A stretch of 58,546 nucleotides of DNA, counting the filler, from a bacterium (GTDB lineage Bacteria; UBP15; UBA6099; JAJRTR01), in assembly GCA_024278215.1 (NCBI GenBank). It is 3 parts of 3 records of this genome, joined end to end, with 100 filler letters (N's around TTAATTAATTAA, not from the genome) between each part and the next. Parts side by side here need not be neighbours in the genome. Positions count along the whole stretch, not along the records: positions 17,356 to 45,728 come from JAJRTR010000015.1; 2 more parts are not named here. One strand, 5' to 3'. Below, one piece after another: positions 30,818-40,505 of this stretch; the stretch's first letter is position 1; each line of letters opens with the position of its first letter. Below the pieces are notes generated by a model. It made no database searches and was not told the origin of the DNA. It was given only the letters and a program-made list of their open reading frames with translations. The position numbers and the translations under genes were made by a program.

Positions 30818-32638
30818 CTGGAGCGAAATAACGACTTCTGCTGTGCCGTTGTGATTTATAGTAATAGTCGCGTTGTTACTATTGCGGGAGATGTCGAAGT
30901 TTCCGTTTTTACCGATTTCAACATGTATTTCCGGTTTTTTCACGTTCAGGCCGGTTATTTTGAAACGGCTCGTGCGTAAATGATCGTCAGTCGGGTTGGG
31001 AATGTATCTTTTGTCGACATATTCACATGGGTTATCGTCGGGGAAGTCCGGGTTGTCCCATACATCGGCGTCGGAGTCTATCATATAGTTGCCGACATGA
31101 ATGATCAGGCTGTCCGGCTTTTCCTCGACGACAGCGTAAGTGTGATGCGAGATGCTCCCCGAGAGCGAGGCACCGTCACCGTTTTTCAGCGTGAATTCAA
31201 AGGTAGTAGTGACATTCTTATTTTCGTTGGGGTTGACAATATACCAGGACGTGCCGAAATTAACGATCCAGGAGTCGCCTTTTGATGTTTCAGGATAAAG
31301 TCGGTTGAAGAACGACTGCTTCTTTTTTATCGACTTAAAATTCTTGCGGTAGTAGTCGGAATTGAAGACGAAAGGGAATTTCGCCCGGATGTCGTCGCCT
31401 GCGAGAACAGGCAGAACGGGCAGGTAGTAATAGCGTCCGGTAGAGGGCAGCCACTCGTTTTGAGTGTTTTTTTCCGCACCGTATAAACCTTTGAAGAGAA
31501 GGTCTTTTCTTAAAATATAATCATTTGGTTTTAAAGGCTGATACGCCGCTTTGATTTTTGCAAGCGCCTGTTTGCGACCGGGGATTATTCCGTTGTTGAT
31601 AATCAGGCGTATCATCGGCAGAAGGACATTCTCAAAAGCCGGCGTCGGCATATCGCCTTTACAGGACGAATAGCCCTGGAAGTAGGTTTCGAGAGAAAAT
31701 ATTGTCGCGCCGCCGACCGCAGCCATGAGCCACTCCATGCCGTACTGCGCGTCGGGGAATGAGAACACCGATTTCCACGGATACTTACTTCTGGTATATC
31801 CGGCGGACGGTCCGAAAAGCCTCTCGTTTCCTGCCTCCCACCACAACCAGCCCTCGCTGTGCACTCCCCAGTTCGATGTCAGGCCCGACGCCCAGAACCC
31901 GATCGCGGCCGCGTCTGTTGTCGAGCGGCGCCCGTTCCCGTTATGCTTGTGAACGAGTATGATATGGTCTCCATCTTCCACAAACTTCGCATAAAGCCTT
32001 CTGTCGGCACCTGCCTTCAGGAACACATGCGGCTTCTTGGGGAAAGGCCAGTCATAGCCCATATCCTGCCATATAAAATAGCCGCCTTTTGAAGCGGCTA
32101 CATCTATATATTGTATCATTTTATCAATAAACTCGTTATCCATTCCGGAGCCGCTCAGAACACCCGTAGCTCCCAGTTCGGAGATGTTCAACCCGATAAG
32201 AACGTGATACCTGTCGAACAGTTCCCGCCAGTACGACATGGGAGTGTCGTTCCGGCTGTCGAATCCTTCCACCTCGATGATCGCCGGCATATCGAGTTCC
32301 TGCGCCGTATCCAGAATGCTTTCGATCCATATCCTCGTTTGCTTCGAGTCTTCCTTCTTCGGGTTTATGTGAACAGCGAAGTACGGCCTGACATCGTCCG
32401 GTAACATACGCCGGAAATTCAGGAGTTGGCTGGAAGACGCGCCTGCATACACGCTGCTGTACACGAACAGCGGATTCTCATTTGATATTACCCTGCGCAG
32501 GTCTTTGCCGTCCGGCCCGGCGAAGGCTGATAAAGTGGTCGAAAGGAAAGCGACACATATTATGCAGATTACAGCGGCACGACTAAATACCCCATCTATA
32601 TTCATGTCCATAATGTATCGCCTGATGTCTCCTTGCAC
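30815..32638 (-). CDS. Secreted glycoside hydrolase family 98-like protein (start may be ATG 32611)
   Basis: Signal peptide; RR.IS...PL, PDD.RPY, GLNISE, GFWASGL..NWG....WLWWE and GGAT.FS.E. Confidence 0.75.
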   Translation of the reverse strand: MQGDIRRYIMDMNIDGVFSRAAVICIICVAFLSTTLSAFAGPDGKDLRRVISNENPLFVYSSVYAGASSSQLLNFRRMLPDDVRPYFAVHINPKKEDSKQTRIWIESILDTAQELDMPAIIEVEGFDSRNDTPMSYWRELFDRYHVLIGLNISELGATGVLSGSGMDNEFIDKMIQYIDVAASKGGYFIWQDMGYDWPFPKKPHVFLKAGADRRLYAKFVEDGDHIILVHKHNGNGRRSTTDAAAIGFWASGLTSNWGVHSEGWLWWEAGNERLFGPSAGYTRSKYPWKSVFSFPDAQYGMEWLMAAVGGATIFSLETYFQGYSSCKGDMPTPAFENVLLPMIRLIINNGIIPGRKQALAKIKAAYQPLKPNDYILRKDLLFKGLYGAEKNTQNEWLPSTGRYYYLPVLPVLAGDDIRAKFPFVFNSDYYRKNFKSIKKKQSFFNRLYPETSKGDSWIVNFGTSWYIVNPNENKNVTTTFEFTLKNGDGASLSGSISHHTYAVVEEKPDSLIIHVGNYMIDSDADVWDNPDFPDDNPCEYVDKRYIPNPTDDHLRTSRFKITGLNVKKPEIHVEIGKNGNFDISRNSNNATITINHNGTAEVVISLQ

Positions 32639-32678
32639 CTGTTCTTTTTCTCCTTGGTCTATAGCGGTTATCGCCGGG

Positions 32679-35600
32679 TCATTTGACCTGTGCCGATTCG
32701 AACTTCTTTTCCAGCGTTTTCATGTCGGCGATAAAAGATTCGTAGTTGTCGAGGTAGAACGCGAGCGCCCGCGAGAAATTCTTGCCGATCATTCCGTCGA
32801 TAAAAAGCTGGCTTACTTCTTTATTTCGCAATAGAACCACCATGGACCTTGTTATTATGCGGCGCTCACATTCCGTCATTTCGCCCATAAGCGATTCCAG
32901 CGTTATCCTGGCTCTCGGCAGATACATCCAGAAATAAAGCATATCAAGAGCGTTGATGATAGTTATCTTTTCTATATCTTTTTCAGCGTTTTTTACATTT
33001 ATGAGGAACTCTTTGGGCGATTCCAGCATTTTCAGAACATCTTTTTCGGGGAATAACAATTCGATGCGTGAGTAGGTGTCGAATATCTCGCCCAGTTTGT
33101 CATTGTGCTCGATGACGCGGGCTTTGATGTTGTTCTTGCGGTCCGCGGTGCCCTCGATCACAGCCGCCACACAATCTGAAGCGAGTTTTGATATGATCGC
33201 CGCCCATTTCTGAAGAATATTATTGATGCCGGGTACTCCCGCGAATGCAAGGATGCCGCCAAATGCCGAGTTGAAAAATATGGCGAGCGGAATGGAAAGG
33301 ATGCTGCGAAAGAAATTTCCTATCGCCGCTTCTTTAGGGAGTCCCCGAAAGACATTATGAGAAGATATATACACGCCGTTTACGAGCGCCATTATGGCAT
33401 AAAGAGCAATCGGATTGTTTGATGTGTTGATCCCGAACATCCGGTCCAAAAGGAGTGTTTTAACCAGAAAGTCCAGCAGGGGAACGGAAAAACCTGTGTA
33501 AAGCAGGGAGTCCGCGACGCGCTCCCACTGCACAAAATCGCTCCATTTCAATAGAGTGTAATGCTTCAGCCCCCTTCCGGCCAGAATGGATTGAATGATA
33601 TTGCGAAAGCCGGTGATCCCGAACCAGATAAAAGCGCCGAAGTACTTAAGGAAGAACCATTCTTTTGTGAGAAGGAAAGTGAAAAAAGCGGGGATGAACC
33701 CTATCAGGACCTTCAGTTCGTTTCTTATTCCCGTGTTCAGATATTTTGTCGTGGGCTTCTGACGCGCGCGCGTGTCTTCCGGTTGTTTCAGGCTGAGGCC
33801 GTTTCCTTTTTCTTCACGGATTCCGCCGAGAGTGACAATACTCCCCCCGTTGTTGCCGGAGCTTGCCGTGTACTCGAAATGCCAGCTTGTCACAGTGTTG
33901 TATTTGAAGCGTCCGAACCCGGGCAGCCGACGCACAATCTCGATAAAGCGGCTGTTGGCACCCACTTTAGGTTGTGGTGAAGTGGTGGTTCTTTTAATTA
34001 TGGAAACACCGAAAGGAACAATTAAATGCTGAGAAACCGAAGCGTGATCTATCTGCCGCCGCGCCTTCCAGGGCAGGGTTTCCTTGACGGCCAGTCCCAT
34101 GCCGTATGTATGGCGCATGCGACCGGCCGAGTCGCTTCCCATCCTTGCCTTCAGGGGTGTGTCCTTATACCACATTCTAAGGTCTTCTATTTTATGAAGG
34201 AAGCTTCTGAACTTTTCGCAACGAAGTTCTTGCCCCGGATCGCCGGACGATTCCATTTTTTTGATAAATTGTCTTATTATCTGTTTGATTTTTACAATAT
34301 TGCCTTCGTTGATGATGCACCTGAGTTTTTCGATCTGAACATAGTCGGGAGATTTTTTTGATATATAATCTTTCAGGTTGAATATTTCGAGATGAGTAAT
34401 TTTCCCCTCGCAATCAAACAGGAGTTCAATAATATCCTCGACCGTGAGATTGCTGAGATTGAGAGTCAGGCGGCAAGTGCAGGGGAGCTTCTCGAGGTGG
34501 CCCACGAGTGCGGCGGGCGACATTTTCAGCATCACAGGCGTGTCGGGGTTATCGTGCGGCACGTTGGGATCGGGAATATCTCTGTTTACCGATGGTCTGA
34601 GATATTTATCGACGAGCATTCGCGGCTCGACGCTGTTCATTTCCGCCACCATTTTCTCGATCTCCGCCTTTTCCTTCGGAGACGCGGTCGCGTAGCGTAC
34701 CTGGAGTTTTTCAACCGCGGTCTTCATCTCGACCATCATTCTGGAATGGAAGAAATCGGCCATGTGCATGGTGGACACCTGGCCGGAGCCGACGAATTCG
34801 ATAAATTCGCCGTAATCAAGCGCGGGGACATTGATACCGTATGTTTTGTTGAGATCAAGCCTGTGCGTTCGGTTGAATTTCTCGAATACAGCCACCACGA
34901 ACCGCGCCTGGTAGTCGTTGACATCCTGCCCGTCGCGCATGAACTCTTCCACTCTTTTGTTCTCGAGCAGCGATAGAAATCCTTTTGTGTCCGTGATGCC
35001 CCTGGGGGTCCATATCAAGTAAGCAAACTTATTGCCGAAACGCGCCGGGAACTCTATCCCGATCTCGACCGATATATCCATTATCCGCGCGGCTTCGAGC
35101 AGTTCCGTTATCGCTTCCGGCTCGACGTTGTTGTAGTAGATGACGGTAAGGTAACGAATCCCCTTGATCCAGGCGTCCGTGATAAGGTGAGTCGGTGTTT
35201 TGCGGCCTTTCGTGTTGGAGTCGTGCACATGGCTGTCGAAAGTAAGCTGGTTCCACTCCTCGGGCATCTCGAGAAGATGATAGCGGCTTAGAAGAGCCCG
35301 TACGGCGCGAAGTTTTCCTGTGAACGCGATCCTGAAATCGTGAGCCAGCTCAAGCTGTTTTTGATAATCGCCGTGGGCTCGAAGCAGCTCTTTCATCACC
35401 TGGAGCAGCACCCTCGCCGTGTTCATTCTCATCTGGTTTGTCGAAGTATGCAGCGTCTCGTCGCGAAGCGAACGCAGAGCGCTGAGCCTGCTGGCCGACG
35501 TGCCGACATCGAGTGTGTCGAGAAGATGTATTGTAGCGTAGGCAATGCGCAGTTCCCTGTAAGTTGCCAGTTCCTTGATTCCACGTGGGTGAAGATATGG

Positions 35601-35717
35601 GTTGAGCAGATTCTTCAGATTTTTATGGGTTCTGTCACGATTCAAAATATCGTTGACCATGACCAGTATTTCATGGTCCTGCTTGTCGAAAAATATTTTG
35701 GAACGATACTCGGCCAT
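32679..35717 (-). CDS. 1012-aa protein with a PHP-like metallo-phosphoesterase region and a C-terminal membrane domain
   Basis: FDSHVHD, GIEF, LEIFN and GSDS; several TM helices around aa 670-840. Confidence 0.8.
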   Translation of the reverse strand: MAEYRSKIFFDKQDHEILVMVNDILNRDRTHKNLKNLLNPYLHPRGIKELATYRELRIAYATIHLLDTLDVGTSASRLSALRSLRDETLHTSTNQMRMNTARVLLQVMKELLRAHGDYQKQLELAHDFRIAFTGKLRAVRALLSRYHLLEMPEEWNQLTFDSHVHDSNTKGRKTPTHLITDAWIKGIRYLTVIYYNNVEPEAITELLEAARIMDISVEIGIEFPARFGNKFAYLIWTPRGITDTKGFLSLLENKRVEEFMRDGQDVNDYQARFVVAVFEKFNRTHRLDLNKTYGINVPALDYGEFIEFVGSGQVSTMHMADFFHSRMMVEMKTAVEKLQVRYATASPKEKAEIEKMVAEMNSVEPRMLVDKYLRPSVNRDIPDPNVPHDNPDTPVMLKMSPAALVGHLEKLPCTCRLTLNLSNLTVEDIIELLFDCEGKITHLEIFNLKDYISKKSPDYVQIEKLRCIINEGNIVKIKQIIRQFIKKMESSGDPGQELRCEKFRSFLHKIEDLRMWYKDTPLKARMGSDSAGRMRHTYGMGLAVKETLPWKARRQIDHASVSQHLIVPFGVSIIKRTTTSPQPKVGANSRFIEIVRRLPGFGRFKYNTVTSWHFEYTASSGNNGGSIVTLGGIREEKGNGLSLKQPEDTRARQKPTTKYLNTGIRNELKVLIGFIPAFFTFLLTKEWFFLKYFGAFIWFGITGFRNIIQSILAGRGLKHYTLLKWSDFVQWERVADSLLYTGFSVPLLDFLVKTLLLDRMFGINTSNNPIALYAIMALVNGVYISSHNVFRGLPKEAAIGNFFRSILSIPLAIFFNSAFGGILAFAGVPGINNILQKWAAIISKLASDCVAAVIEGTADRKNNIKARVIEHNDKLGEIFDTYSRIELLFPEKDVLKMLESPKEFLINVKNAEKDIEKITIINALDMLYFWMYLPRARITLESLMGEMTECERRIITRSMVVLLRNKEVSQLFIDGMIGKNFSRALAFYLDNYESFIADMKTLEKKFESAQVK

Positions 35718-35802
35718 ATTTTTTTGTTTCCTGAGCCGGTTGCAAAAGAATGCCGCGGATCATAATGTTACACTCGACTCTTGCGATGAAAGATTGCCGG
35801 GG

Positions 35803-37533
35803 CTATGAAACATAAACAACGCGTAAGGCTTCTTCCACGGATGTGATGCCCTGGATTATTTTCTTTGTCGCGTCCTGAGGCAGTGTTTCCATGCCTGTTT
35901 TTATCGCGGTTTCACGCAATGTTACAGAACTGGTTTTTCCCACAATAAGGTCTCTGAACTGATCGTCCACGGAAAGTAGTTCGAAAATGCCTATCCTGCC
36001 CCTGTAGCCTGTGTCGCGGCAGAATTCGCAGCCGACAGGTCTGTAGAATGTCAGGTTTCTGCCTTCTTCGACAGGTATGTTGAGTTTGCCGAGTTCGACT
36101 TCCGTGGGCTTGTATGGTTCCTTGCATTCGGGGCATAGAACGCGCGTGAGCCGTTGCGCGAGGCTGCCTATGAGAGAGGACGCGACGAGAAACGGTTCGA
36201 TACCCATGTCTATAAGTCTTGTAACCGCGCTGGGCGCGTCGTTGGTGTGGAGCGTGCTGAGAACAAGGTGGCCTGTGAGTGCGGCCTGGATGGCTATTTC
36301 GGCTGTGTCCCTGTCTCGAATCTCGCCCACCATGATGATGTCCGGGTCGTTGCGGAGGAAGGAACGCAGTGTGTTGGCGAAGTTGACATTCGCTTTCGGA
36401 TTGACCTGAATCTGGTTGATGCCTTCGAGCATGTATTCGACCGGGTCTTCTACAGTCAGGATATGCGTGTCGACTGAGTTGAGCTGATTGAGAACTGAAT
36501 AAAGAGTAGTAGTTTTTCCGCTTCCCGTAGGTCCGGTTACCAGCAAAAGGCCTACGGGACTGTGAATAAGCGATTCGTAATTCTTCTGCACCTCGGTGCT
36601 GAAGCCGAGCCTGTTGAGCCCGATCATGACGCTGCTCTTGTCGAGGATACGCATGACGATCTTTTCGCCGTTCTGCGTGGGATATGTGGAAACACGGAAG
36701 TCGTATTCCTTGCCGTTTACCAGAAGGTTTATCCGACCGTCCTGCGGCACTCGTTTTTCGGCGATATTAAGGTCTGCAAGAACTTTTATACGGGAAAGCA
36801 GTGCCGGCTGAATTCTTTTCGGCGGTGTCATCGCGACCTGCAGAACACCGTCAATGCGGTAGCGGACGCGGAGTTCTTCGCGCAGCGGTTCGATGTGGAT
36901 GTCGCTTGCCCTCGCGTCGATCGCCTGTGTGATAATGGCGTTGACGAGCCGTACGATAGGCGAATCGTCGACGAGTTCTTTCGCCGCCCTTTCGTCCTCG
37001 TCAAGTTCGTCTTCGATGGCCTCGATCGAGTTCGCGTCGATACCCATCTGGTGGAGGCTTTCGATGGCCCTCTGGGTGCTTTCGTCTACGCCGTAGTTGG
37101 CGTGCACCGCGAGCAGCAATTGCTCTTCATGCGCCAGCACCGGAGTAACCGTCAGGCCTGTGGAAAGCTGGATTTCATCTATGGCAAAAACATTAAGCGG
37201 ATTCGCCATTGCAAGTACGATACGTTGTTTATCTTTGCTTATCGGAATAACTTTATGTTTCTGGGCGATGTGTGGTGGAAGAGATTTTGCGATTACCGGC
37301 ATGATCCTCATGCGGCTCAGGTCCACAAACGGCACACCCAGTTGGAGCGCGTACATTTTAAGCACGTCAAGTTCGTTCAGGAACCCCAGATTGACCATTA
37401 TCCTGCCGATCAGCTCTTCTGAATGCCGCTGTACGTCCAGCGCCTCGTCGAGCTGTTCACGGGTAATTATCCCGTGTTCAATCAGGAGTTCGCCCATCTT
37501 TTTTCTGCCTGACGAAGGTTTGTTTATTGCCAT
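35803..37533 (-). CDS. pilB: PilB/GspE-family extension ATPase with MshEN-type N-terminus
   Basis: ASDIHIEP, EKRVPQDGR, GPTGSGKTTT, LRNDPD; CPEC/CEFC Zn motif. Confidence 0.9.
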   Translation of the reverse strand: MAINKPSSGRKKMGELLIEHGIITREQLDEALDVQRHSEELIGRIMVNLGFLNELDVLKMYALQLGVPFVDLSRMRIMPVIAKSLPPHIAQKHKVIPISKDKQRIVLAMANPLNVFAIDEIQLSTGLTVTPVLAHEEQLLLAVHANYGVDESTQRAIESLHQMGIDANSIEAIEDELDEDERAAKELVDDSPIVRLVNAIITQAIDARASDIHIEPLREELRVRYRIDGVLQVAMTPPKRIQPALLSRIKVLADLNIAEKRVPQDGRINLLVNGKEYDFRVSTYPTQNGEKIVMRILDKSSVMIGLNRLGFSTEVQKNYESLIHSPVGLLLVTGPTGSGKTTTLYSVLNQLNSVDTHILTVEDPVEYMLEGINQIQVNPKANVNFANTLRSFLRNDPDIIMVGEIRDRDTAEIAIQAALTGHLVLSTLHTNDAPSAVTRLIDMGIEPFLVASSLIGSLAQRLTRVLCPECKEPYKPTEVELGKLNIPVEEGRNLTFYRPVGCEFCRDTGYRGRIGIFELLSVDDQFRDLIVGKTSSVTLRETAIKTGMETLPQDATKKIIQGITSVEEALRVVYVS

Positions 37534-37540
37534 ATTCCCC

Positions 37541-39241
37541 TCACGCGTCGAACAGAACCCGCATAACTTCTTCGATACTTGTTACACCTTCGATCACCTT
37601 GCGGATGCCGTCCTGTTGTAAAGTATACATTCCAAGTTCAAGCGCTTTTCGCCTTATTGCCGGCGCTGATGATTCATAAGAAATCAGAGTGCGCAGTTCG
37701 TCGTCGACCGCCATAAGCTCATAAACGCCGATCCGGCCAAGATAGCCGGTGTCGCGGCAGAACTCGCAGCCGCGGCCGCGATATAGTTTCGTGCCGGGTG
37801 GGATACCCAGTCTTTCGAGCGCTTCCGGGGGCGGGGTGTAGTCGACCTTGCACTCGGGGCAGATTTTCCTGACAAGCCGCTGCGCGAGAATACAGATAAC
37901 TGATGAAGAAACAAGAAAAGGTTCCACGCCCATGTGGAAGAGCCGTGTAATAGTGCTGGCCGAGTCGTTCGCGTGAATCGTGGCCAGAACAAGATGCCCC
38001 GTGAGCGATGCCTGCACAGCTACTTCCGCTGTCTCCTTGTCGCGCAACTCGCCGACCATGACGATGTCGGGGTCCTGCCTCAACATACTTCGAAGTCCGC
38101 CTGCGAATGTAAGACCCGCCTTAGTGTTGACCTGCGCCTGGGCTACGCCCGTCAGCTGGTATTCTATCGGGTCTTCGATCGATATAAGGTTTTTGTCAAG
38201 AGTGTTCAGTTCATTCAATACCGCGTAAAGGGTTGTCGTTTTGCCGGAACCTGTGGGGCCTGTTGCGAAGATAATCCCATAAGGTTTCTGAATCATATTC
38301 TTGAACACTTTCAGATCGTCCGAGGAGAAACCCAGCCTTTCGAGGCCGATGAGGACAGATGATTTGTCAAGAATACGCATAGTGACTTTTTCGCCCCAGA
38401 TCGTCGGCAATGTTGCAACACGAAGGTCGACCTCTTTGCCTTCCACTTTCAGCGGTATGCGGCCATCCTGCGGTATCCTGCGCTCGGCGATGTCCAGCTT
38501 GGCCAGGATTTTAAACCTTGAAACAAGCGCGGCATGCAGCTTCCGGGGAAACTTCATTTCTTCATGCAGCACTCCGTCGATCCTGAACCTGATGCGAACC
38601 GCAGACTTGCTGGGTTCGATATGTATGTCGCTCGCCCCGTCCTTGCAGGCCTGCATTATGATCGAGTTGCCGAGCCGAATGACAGGAGCTTCGTCCGCCG
38701 CGGCCTGTAGCGCGGATGTCGAGAGATTGCCTTCTTCCTCGATCGCCTTCATCGCCTCGTCTTCCTGGACGTCCATGTGGTCCAGAATGTCGTCGGCCGT
38801 GCTCACGGATGTATAAACATCATGTATATGTTCCAGTATCTGGCTCTCGGACGCCAGCATGGGAACGACTTCGTAACTGGTGAGTGTTCTTATATCGTCG
38901 AGGGCAAACGGGTTGAGCGGGTTGACCATCGCCAGGTTGATCTTCTTGTCTTCTTTCGACGCGATAATGACTTTATACTTCTCCGCGATGTGCCTCGGGA
39001 TGATTTTCACAAGCTTGGGGTCGAGTTCTATCTCACTGAGATCGACACACGGGCAGCCCAGGTGTTCGGCGTCGATGCGCAGAATCTCGATCTCGTCCAC
39101 ATAGCCTTTGCTGATCAGGAAAGAGTCGAAAGCGCCGTCGCCGTTCGTGTTGTCGGCCTGCATGGCCTCCTGGAACTGCGCGCCTGTGATAAGAGATTTC
39201 TCGATCAGGCGCTTGCCCAGTTTTTCCGGTGGTGTAAACAT
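37541..39241 (-). CDS. pilB: Second PilB/GspE-family ATPase (tandem paralogue)
   Basis: ASDIHIEP, ERRIPQDGR, GPTGSGKTTT, LRQDPD; ATG 39241 lies just after the aroE stop. Confidence 0.88.
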   Translation of the reverse strand: MFTPPEKLGKRLIEKSLITGAQFQEAMQADNTNGDGAFDSFLISKGYVDEIEILRIDAEHLGCPCVDLSEIELDPKLVKIIPRHIAEKYKVIIASKEDKKINLAMVNPLNPFALDDIRTLTSYEVVPMLASESQILEHIHDVYTSVSTADDILDHMDVQEDEAMKAIEEEGNLSTSALQAAADEAPVIRLGNSIIMQACKDGASDIHIEPSKSAVRIRFRIDGVLHEEMKFPRKLHAALVSRFKILAKLDIAERRIPQDGRIPLKVEGKEVDLRVATLPTIWGEKVTMRILDKSSVLIGLERLGFSSDDLKVFKNMIQKPYGIIFATGPTGSGKTTTLYAVLNELNTLDKNLISIEDPIEYQLTGVAQAQVNTKAGLTFAGGLRSMLRQDPDIVMVGELRDKETAEVAVQASLTGHLVLATIHANDSASTITRLFHMGVEPFLVSSSVICILAQRLVRKICPECKVDYTPPPEALERLGIPPGTKLYRGRGCEFCRDTGYLGRIGVYELMAVDDELRTLISYESSAPAIRRKALELGMYTLQQDGIRKVIEGVTSIEEVMRVLFDA

Positions 39242-39243
39242 TC

Positions 39244-40089
39244 TTAAAGTTTCTCCAGCCCGGCGTCCCACATGACCTTCAGCGGCGGTTTTTCCCCCGT
39301 CCACAGCGTGAAAGCTTCCATAGCCTGGAAGACCAGCATTCCGTATCCGTTGATTGTCAGGGCACCGCGCTCCCTGCCGGTCGCAAGGAATCGTGTTTCG
39401 CGCGGTTCATATATCAAGTCGATAAGTGTGTGTTTTTGTCTTATGTATTTTCCCTCGAGCGGAAGCGGGTCGCCGTCGCGCAAGCCGAGCGAAGTTGCAT
39501 TTACCAGTATCATACTATTTTCAAATAGTGTGTCAACATCCGGGTCGGAGAAACTCCAGACATCTATCGGCGCGCCGAATCCCGAGAACTCCTCCGCCAG
39601 CAGCACCGCTTTTTCTCGCGTGCGGTTGAAAAGCGCGATGGATGTTACGCCTGCTTTCTGGAACGCCCGCACCACCGACCGTGCCGCGCCGCCCGCACCC
39701 AAAACCACAACATCCTGATCCGCCGCCTCCACTCCCGCATGCTCCAGCGCCCTGCGGAAACCCTCGGCGTCCGTATTGTATCCCAGCAGCACCCCGTCCC
39801 GATTCACCACCACATTCGCCGCCCTCAGCCGCACCGCCGAATCCTTCACTTCGTCCAGATATCGCAATATCTCCATCTTGTGCGGCACTGTAACATTCAC
39901 TCCGCACACACCCGCTGCCCTGATACCCTCGACCGCTTTTTCAAGGTCCACCGTCTCCACCGGAAACGGCACATAACAGGCATTGATACCAAGGTGTTCA
40001 AAAGCAGCATTATGCAGCGCCGGTGAAGCCGTATGCTCGACCGGCCACCCGAATATTCCGTAGACTTTTGTTTTCCCGTCTATTCTCAT
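39244..40089 (-). CDS. aroE: Shikimate dehydrogenase
   Basis: G.P..H.ASP..HN, NVTVPHK, YNTD..G, GAGGAA, NRT and G.GMLVFQA. Confidence 0.93.
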   Translation of the reverse strand: MRIDGKTKVYGIFGWPVEHTASPALHNAAFEHLGINACYVPFPVETVDLEKAVEGIRAAGVCGVNVTVPHKMEILRYLDEVKDSAVRLRAANVVVNRDGVLLGYNTDAEGFRRALEHAGVEAADQDVVVLGAGGAARSVVRAFQKAGVTSIALFNRTREKAVLLAEEFSGFGAPIDVWSFSDPDVDTLFENSMILVNATSLGLRDGDPLPLEGKYIRQKHTLIDLIYEPRETRFLATGRERGALTINGYGMLVFQAMEAFTLWTGEKPPLKVMWDAGLEKL

Positions 40090-40325
40090 AAGTCGATTCT
40101 CATGATTTATCACGCATATTATATAACCGCCGCCGCGGATTCTGAAACCTCCAATTCATAATAGCCCCGTCAGGGCATTTCGCGACAGGATGTTGTCGAT
40201 AAAAACTTCACGGTGAAAGCCGTTGCTTTCAGTCGCGTCGTTCCCAGGGTGTTGGACCCTGGGACGAGGATAAATTGCCCGGTCTGTATAGAAAGAGCCA
40301 TGATGTAAACATATCTTCATTTATC

Positions 40326-40503
40326 GAGCCAATTGCAAAATTATGTTCGTAGCGAGGTCGAGCGAAATTGTTCAGAGCAAGGCGGAGGCGTAAAATCCCC
40401 GCAGACGTACTTGTAGAGTCCGTCGAGGAAGATTTTATGCCGACAACGCAGCTATGGACAATAGCAGCAGACCGCAGCAGAATCAGAATTTTGCAATTGG
40501 CTC
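40326..40503 (+). mobile_element. MITE family A, copy 6
   Basis: Perfect TIRs; flanks TATC/GATC (3 of 4); 2 nt from the gltX stop. Confidence 0.92.
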
Positions 40504-40505
40504 GA

